The notes below the pieces were generated by a model. That model made no database searches, was not told the origin of the DNA, and saw only the letters and a list, made by a program, of their open reading frames with translations. Positions 53,483 to 64,000 of a stretch of DNA of 64,000 nucleotides are shown one piece after another. The translations under genes and the position numbers were made by a program. This DNA is from Eledone cirrhosa (taxonomy: Eukaryota). The stretch is taken from NCBI GenBank assembly GCA_964016885.1, contig OZ024740.1, positions 361,088,001 to 361,152,000 of the forward strand. Reading direction: 5' to 3'. Position 1 is the first letter of the stretch. The number at the start of each line of letters is the position of its first letter.

Positions 53483-53715
53483 ATATATATATATGGTATA
53501 TATATATATATATATGGTATATGTATGTATATATATATATATGGTATATATATATATATATATGGTATATATATATATATATATATATGGTATATATATA
53601 TATATGGTATATATATATATATGGTATATATATATATATGGTATATATATATATATGGTATATATATATATGGTATATATATATATATATGGTATATATA
53701 TATATATATATATGG

Positions 53716-53749
<34 letters not shown>

Positions 53750-53893
53750 ATATATATATGGTATATATATGTATATATATATATATATGGTATATATATG
53801 TATATATATATATATATATGGTATATATATATATATGGTATATATATATATATCTATATATATATATAGTATATATATATATATATATATATA

Positions 53894-53935
<42 letters not shown>

Positions 53936-53993
53936 TATATATAGTATATATATATATATAGTATATATATATATATGGTATATATATATATAT

Positions 53994-54042
<49 letters not shown>

Positions 54043-54325
54043 TATATATATATATATGGTATATATATATATATATGGTATATATATATATATATATGGT
54101 ATATATATGTATATATATATATATATGGTATATATATGTATATATATATATATATGGTATATATATGTATATATATATATATATGGTATATATATGGTAT
54201 ATATATATATATGGTATATATATATATATATATAGTATATATATATATATATATGGTATATATATGGTATATATATATATATGGTATATATATATATATA
54301 TATAGTATATATATATATATATATA

Positions 54326-54361
<36 letters not shown>

Positions 54362-54439
54362 TATATATAGTATATATATATATAGTATATATATGGTATA
54401 TATATATATATATATAGTATATATATATATATATATATA

Positions 54440-54504
<65 letters not shown>

Positions 54505-55406
54505 TATATATATATATAGTATATATATGGTATATATATATATATATGGTATATATATATATGATATATATATATATATATATGATATATATATATATAT
54601 ATATGGTATATATATATATATATGGTATATATATATATATATATATGTTATATATATATATATATGGTATATATATATATATGGTATATATATATATATA
54701 TATATATATGTTATATATATATATATATGGTATATATATATATATGGTATATATATATATATATATATATATGGTATATATATATATATATATGGTATAT
54801 ATATATATATATATATATGGTATATATATATATATATATGGTATATATATATATATATATGGTATATATATATATATATATGGTATATATATATATATAT
54901 ATGGTATATATATATATATATATATATGGTATATATATATATATATATGGTATATATATATATATATATGGTATATATATATATATATATATGGTATATA
55001 TATATATATATATGGTATATATATATATATGGTATATATATATATATGGTATATATATATATATATGGTATATATACATATATATATGGTATATATATAT
55101 ATATATATGGTGTATATATATATATATATGGTATATATATATATATATGGTATATATATATATATATATGGTATATATATATATATATATGGTATATATA
55201 TATATATATGGTATATATATATATATATATGGTATATATATATATATATATATATATATGGTATATATATATATGGTATATATATACATATATATATATA
55301 TGGTATATATATATATATGGTATATATATGGTATATATATATATATGGTATATATATATATATGGTATATATATATATGGTATATATATATATATATATA
55401 TGGTAT

Positions 55407-56170
55407 ATATTTATTAAAATAACAGATTAAAGTTTAAGCAAAGAATCGCTGCTTTCACCCTTAATGGGATCTTCTGAAACTAACAAAGTCAATCTGTAAA
55501 CGCAGAACTGGATATTTCAAAAAACGTTGCAACCGGAGGAAGACAGGAAGACGATACTTTGGTTCGTGGTAACGTTCGCTGGCAAAGAACGGCAAAAAAC
55601 GAATATAATACGTCATTAATAGGAGCGGTGAAAAACAATTACGCGCAAAGACAAAACCACGTTTATGGTATAAAAGAGGTCGTAGACTAATGTTTGGTTT
55701 TGTCTTTGCGTGCTATTGTTCTCCACGCTCCACATATGACTTATTATCTTCGTTTTTTCGTTCATTGCCAGAGAACGTCTCTATGCACCACCTAAGAGAA
55801 CATTAGTCTACGACCTCTTTTATACCATAAACGTGGTTTTGTCTTTGCGCGTAATTGTTTTTCACCGCTCCTATTAATGACGTATTATATTCGTTTTTTG
55901 CTGTTCTTTGCCAGCGAACGTTACCACGAAGCAAAGTATCGTCTTCCTGTCTTCCTCCGGTTGCAACGTTTTTTGAAATATCCAGTTCTGCGTTTACAGA
56001 TTGACTTTGTTAGTTTCAGAAGATCCCGTTAAGGGTGAAAGCAGCGATTCTTTGCTTAAACTTTAATCTGTTATTTTAATAAATATTTGCTCTACGGTTC
56101 TTATATATTTGATATATATTTTCCTTAACGAGCCCTCTTTGGATTTTAGTCTTCAATTTTATTATTATTA
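55407..56170 (+). mobile_element. Non-coding head-to-head Penelope-type pLTR element, family H2
   Basis: 288-bp arms 55407-55694 / 55799-56086 with about three mismatches; (TTA)n end. Confidence 0.8.
55997..56070 (+). ncRNA. Type-I hammerhead-like motif with CAGAAGA core (mirror copy 55423-55496, minus)
   Basis: CAGAUUGA-cuuuguu-AGUUU-CAGAAGA-uCCC-guuaa-GGGu-GAAAGCA-gcgauucuu-UGCU-U-AAACU-UUAAUCUG. Confidence 0.65.
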
Positions 56171-56911
56171 CTATATGGTATATATATATATATGGTATAT
56201 ATATATATATATGGTATATATATATATATATATATGGTATATATATATATATATATATATATATGGTATATATATATATATATGTATGGTATATATATAT
56301 ATATATATATATGGTATATATATATATATATATGGTATATATATATATATCATATATATATATATATCATATAGTCCTATATATATATATATATATCAGA
56401 CAGTCCTATGCGAGCAAGACAACCACTCTTGCCTCAAGTTGGAAAACCCCCGTCCAAACCCATGCAAGCGTGGAACACGGACGCTAAACCTGATGATGAT
56501 GATGATGGTATATATATATATATATATATGGTATATATATATATATATATGGTATATATATATATATATATATATATATGGTATATATATATATATATAT
56601 GGTATATATATATATATATATATGATATATGGTATATATATATATATATATATGATATATGGTATATATATATATATATATATGGTATATATATATATAT
56701 ATATATGGTATATATATATATATATGATATATGATATATATATATATATATGATATATATATATATATGATATATATATATATATGATATATATATATAT
56801 GATATATATATATATATATGATATATATATATATGATATAATATATATATATATGATATATATATGATATATATATATGATATATATATATATATGATAT
56901 ATGTATATTTG

Positions 56912-56942
<31 letters not shown>

Positions 56943-57093
56943 ATATATATGATATATATATATGATATATATATATATATATATATGATATATATATATA
57001 TATGATATATATATATATATGATATATATATATATATATATGGTATATATATATATATGGTATATATATATATATATATGGTATATATGTATA

Positions 57094-57124
<31 letters not shown>

Positions 57125-57125
57125 G

Positions 57126-57156
<31 letters not shown>

Positions 57157-57330
57157 ATATATATGATATATATATATATATATGATATATATATATATGA
57201 TATATATATGATATATATATATATATATGATATATATATATATGATATATATATATGATATATATATATATGATATATATATATGATATATATATATATA
57301 TATGATATATATATATATGATATATATATA

Positions 57331-57375
<45 letters not shown>

Positions 57376-57397
57376 ATATATATATATGATATATATA

Positions 57398-57436
<39 letters not shown>

Positions 57437-57545
57437 ATATATATATATATATATGATATATATATATATATATATGATATATATATGATATATATATGAT
57501 ATATATATATATATATATATATATGATATATATATGATATATATA

Positions 57546-57617
<72 letters not shown>

Positions 57618-57632
57618 ATATATATATATATA

Positions 57633-57685
<53 letters not shown>

Positions 57686-58479
57686 ATATATATATATATA
57701 TATGATATATATATATATATGATATATATATATATATATGATATATATATATATATGATATATATATATATATATGATATATATATATATATATGATATA
57801 TATATATATATATATGGTATATATATATATATATATGATATATATATATATATATATGGTATATATATATATATATATGATATATATATGATATATATAT
57901 ATATATATGATATATATATATGATATATATATATATATATATATGATATATATATATATATATATATATGATATATATATATATCATATATATATATATA
58001 TATGATATATATATATATATATATATATATGATATATATATATATATATATATGATATATATATACATATATATATATATGATATATATGATATATATAT
58101 ATATATATATATGATATATATGATATATATATATATATATATGATATATATATATATATATATGATATATATATATATGATATATATATATATATATATG
58201 ATATATATATATATATATGATATATATATATATGATATATATATATATATGATATATATATATATATATATATGATATATATATATATATATATGATATA
58301 TATATATATATATATATGATATATATATATATATATATGATATATATATATATATATGATATATATATATATGATATATATATATATGATATATATATAT
58401 GATATATATATATATATATTATATATATATATATATATATGATATATATATATATATATATATATATGGTATATATATG

Positions 58480-58510
<31 letters not shown>

Positions 58511-58750
58511 ATATGGTATATATATATGATATATATTATATATATATATATGATATATATTATATATATGATATATATATATATATATATGATATATATA
58601 TATGATATATATATATATATATATATATGATATATATATATGATATATATATGATATATATATATATATATATATATGATATATATATATGATATATATA
58701 TATATATATATATATGATATATATATGATATATATATATATATATATATA

Positions 58751-58785
<35 letters not shown>

Positions 58786-59075
58786 ATATATTATATATAT
58801 ATATATGATATATATATATATATATGATATATATATATATATGATATATATATGATATATATATATGATATATATATATATATATGATATATATATACAT
58901 ATATATATATGATATATATATATGGTATATATATATATATATGGTATATATATATATATATATATATATGGTATATATATATATATATATATATGGTATA
59001 TATATATATATATATATATATGGTATATATATATATATATATATATGGTATATATATATATATATATATATATGG

Positions 59076-59117
<42 letters not shown>

Positions 59118-59228
59118 TGGTATATATATATATATATGATATATATATATATATATATATGATATATATATATATATATATATGGTATATATATATATAT
59201 ATGGTATATATATATGATATATATATAT

Positions 59229-59265
<37 letters not shown>

Positions 59266-59763
59266 TATATATATATATATATATATATATGGTATATATA
59301 TATATATATATATGATATATGTATATATATATATATATATGGTATATATATATATATATGATATATATATATATATATATATGATATATATATATATATA
59401 TATATGATATATATATATATATATATGATATATATATATATATATATATATGATATATATATATATATATATATATATGGTATATATATATATATATGGT
59501 ATATATATATATATATATATATGATATATATATATATATATATGATATATATATATATATATGATATATATATGTATATATATATGATATATGTATATAT
59601 ATATGATATATATATATATATATGATATATATGATAAATATATATATATATATATATATATGATATATATATATATATATATATGATATATATATATATA
59701 TATATATGATATATATATATATATATATGATATATATGATAAATATATATATATATATATATG

Positions 59764-59794
<31 letters not shown>

Positions 59795-60307
59795 ATATAT
59801 ATATATATATGATATATATATATATATATGATATATATATATATATATATGATATATATATATATATATATGGTATATATATATATGATATATATATATA
59901 TATGGTATATGGTGTATATATATATATATGGTGTATATATATAAATATATGGTGTATATATATATATATATATATATGGTGTATATATATATGGTGTGTA
60001 TATATATATATATATGGTGTATATATATAAATATGGTGTATATATATATATATGGTGTATATATATATATATGGTGTATATATATATACTATGGTGTATA
60101 TATATATATGGTATATATATATATATATATATATGGTATATATGTATATATATATATATATGGTATATATATATATATATATATATATGGTATATATTGT
60201 ATATATATATATATATGGTATATATATATATATATATATATATGGTATATATATATATATATATATATATGGTATATATATATATGATATATATGTATAT
60301 ATATATC

Positions 60308-62530
60308 ATAAGACGATTTAGAGACGTATGACATAGATAATAACTGGAAGCTCTTACGTGACAACTTGCTGAAGGCTACTGATGAAACCCTGTGGCTGAG
60401 CAGAGCTCCAACCAGACAGAGAGTGACCTGGTGGTGGAACAGCAGTGTAGATAAGGCTATTAGAGACAAAAGACTAGCATGGAAGGCTTGGAATAAGGGT
60501 GGGAGTAGGGAAGAATATACAGCCACTAAGAGAGAAGCTAGACGTCAGGTGTACTTAGCACGCAGGGAGGCAGAGAGTAGGAGGTTTGCCAATGTTCTGC
60601 GACGGGAAGATCAGAGGCGTGCGGTGTTCCACATTGCAAGGCAGTGTGTCAAATCAGGATGTTGTTGGTGATAAATGTGTCCGGGATGATGCCGGTGTAC
60701 TTAGTGTCACGAATGACCAGAAAAAGGAGGCCTGGAAATGTCATTATGAGAGACTGATGAATGTGGAGAACGAATGGAGAGAGAGAAATTACCCTTGGTA
60801 GATCCGACAGAGGGACCAGCTATTGAGATTGACGAATATAGGGTCCAAGAGGCGATTAGGGAAATGAAAAATGGTAAGGCGGCCGGACCATCGGGAATAG
60901 TTGCTGAGATGCTGAAGGCATCAGGGGACGTAGGCACTAAACTGGTTGCACGCATAATCAATCAGGCTATATATGGTGGTGTCATACCCAAAGACTGGTG
61001 CAGCAGTATTCTCATAAATTGCTACAAAGGTAAAGGGGATGCTTTGGAGAGGAGCAATTATAGGGGTATAAAACTGATAGATCAGTTATGAAAGTGGCAG
61101 AAAGGATTCTAGCACAACTAATTAGAGAAAGGGTCAAACTAGATGAGATGCAGTTTGGTTTTGTGCCTGGGAAGAGTACAACAGATGCCCTCTTCTTGGT
61201 GAGACAAATGCAAGAGAGGTTCTTAGAGAAGAATAAGCCACTATACTTAGCCTTTGTTGACCTAGAGAAGGCCTTTGATAGGGTACCCCGATCTGTCATC
61301 TGGTGGTCCCTAAGGAAGCTGGGTGTTGAGGAATGGCTTGTAAGGACAGTGCAAACTTTGTACAGAGGTACTCCCAGTAAAGTCAGGGTAGGAATGGACT
61401 TTAGTGAGGAATTCCAGATACAAGTAGGAGTACATCAGGGTTCGGTCCTCAGCCCGCTCTTGTTCATTATAGTCCTCCAAGCCATAACAGAGGAGTTTAA
61501 GACTGGCTGTCCATGGGAACTTCTCTATGCTGACGATCTGGCTCTTATGGCAGAATCAGTAGAGGAGCTAGAGAATAAATTCCGGCTATGGAAACAGCAG
61601 TTGGAAGCAAGAGGACTGAGAGTAAATCTAGCTAAGACAAAAGTGTTGATGAGTAGAAAAGAGGACAAAACCCTGATTCCGTCAGGGAAATGGCCATGTT
61701 CGATATGCAGAAAAGGAACTGGCATAAATTCTATAAAATGCACACAATGTAGGTCCTGGGTACACAAGAGATGTAGCGGGATAGCAGGCAAACTAACAGG
61801 TAGGGAGAAATATGTATGCAGTAGATGTACAGGGAAATTAGACAGTAGAAGTCGCACTGATAGACACATTTTTCAAATGCGAGAGGGCGCTATAGAAGTG
61901 GTGGATAGCTTCCGGTACCTAGGAGATCAGATTAGCATGGGAGGAGGGTGTTCCGAGGCCATAGTATCTAGAATAAGGACGGGTTGGAAGAAGTTTAGGG
62001 AGCTGCTTCCTCTGTTGACGAAGACAGGGTTTCTCCCTGCGTACGAAAGGCCGGTTGTATGATGCCTGTGTGAGGAGCGCGATGCTGCATGGTAGTGAGA
62101 CATGGGCAGCTACCGCAGAAGATATGCGACGGCTGGAGAGAAATGAGGCAAGCATGCTCCGTTGGATGTGCAGTGTAAATGTGCGTGAACGACCCAGCAT
62201 AAATGTGTTGAGAGAGAAACTGTGTCTGAGAGGGATAGAATGTAGTGTACGGGAGAGGAGACTGAGGTGGTATGGACATGTGATGCGCATGGAGGATGAC
62301 CGATGGGTGAAGAAGTGCCAGGAAATGCCAGTTGAAGGAAGACGTGGTAGAGGTAGACCACGAAAAACATGGGCGGAGGTGGTGAGAACAGACCTCAGAT
62401 CATTGAAGCTCACGGTGGAGATGACGAGGGACCGTGACGAGTGGAGAGATGCTGTGCTGAATAAGACCCGTCCCACCCTTGCAAGCAGGGAAAAGCGGAC
62501 GTAAAATGATGATGATGATGATGATGATGA
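60308..62530 (+). mobile_element. RTE family C, 5'-truncated, frameshifted
   Basis: TWWWN, KAAGPSG, QFGF, YADD, Cys-rich insert, RGRPRKTW; ORF ends at 62504 directly before (ATG)n. Confidence 0.95.

Positions 62531-64000
<1,470 letters not shown>

Larger units (their letters stand above)
51566..60305 (+). repeat. Irregular (TA)n-TGG/TAG/TGA satellite with embedded elements
   Basis: Direct inspection. Confidence 0.95.

Noticed and set aside
51289-60526. Very long Ile/Tyr-rich ORFs (up to 1291 aa)
   Set aside because: Translations of stop-poor (TA)n satellite, open in several frames on both strands.

Overview
AT-rich, repeat-saturated animal DNA, most likely from an octopod cephalopod (inferred from the SINE/RTE repeat types and the very high microsatellite load). 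I found no credible host protein-coding gene; most ORF-track entries are microsatellite translations. The window is a mosaic of mobile elements: one full-length Tx1/L1-clade LINE, three RTE families with a PHD-like Cys insert, CR1/L2, R4/Dong-like and CRE-like fragments, tRNA-derived SINEs, an internally deleted mariner, piggyBac/Tc1-type MITEs, non-autonomous Helitrons, Penelope remnants, and about 10 kb of irregular (TA)n-G satellite. The strongest hidden signal is RNA structure, folded by eye and untested. About a dozen type-I hammerhead-like motifs from roughly six families are present, none with an intact canonical CUGANGA core, and several sit in non-coding head-to-head Penelope-type hairpin elements. 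Also notable: tandem H-type pseudoknot modules in RTE 3' UTRs, a SINE whose tail is stitched from two RTE families, and a Tx1 element whose ORF1 runs in frame into ORF2 behind an HDV-like 5' UTR.
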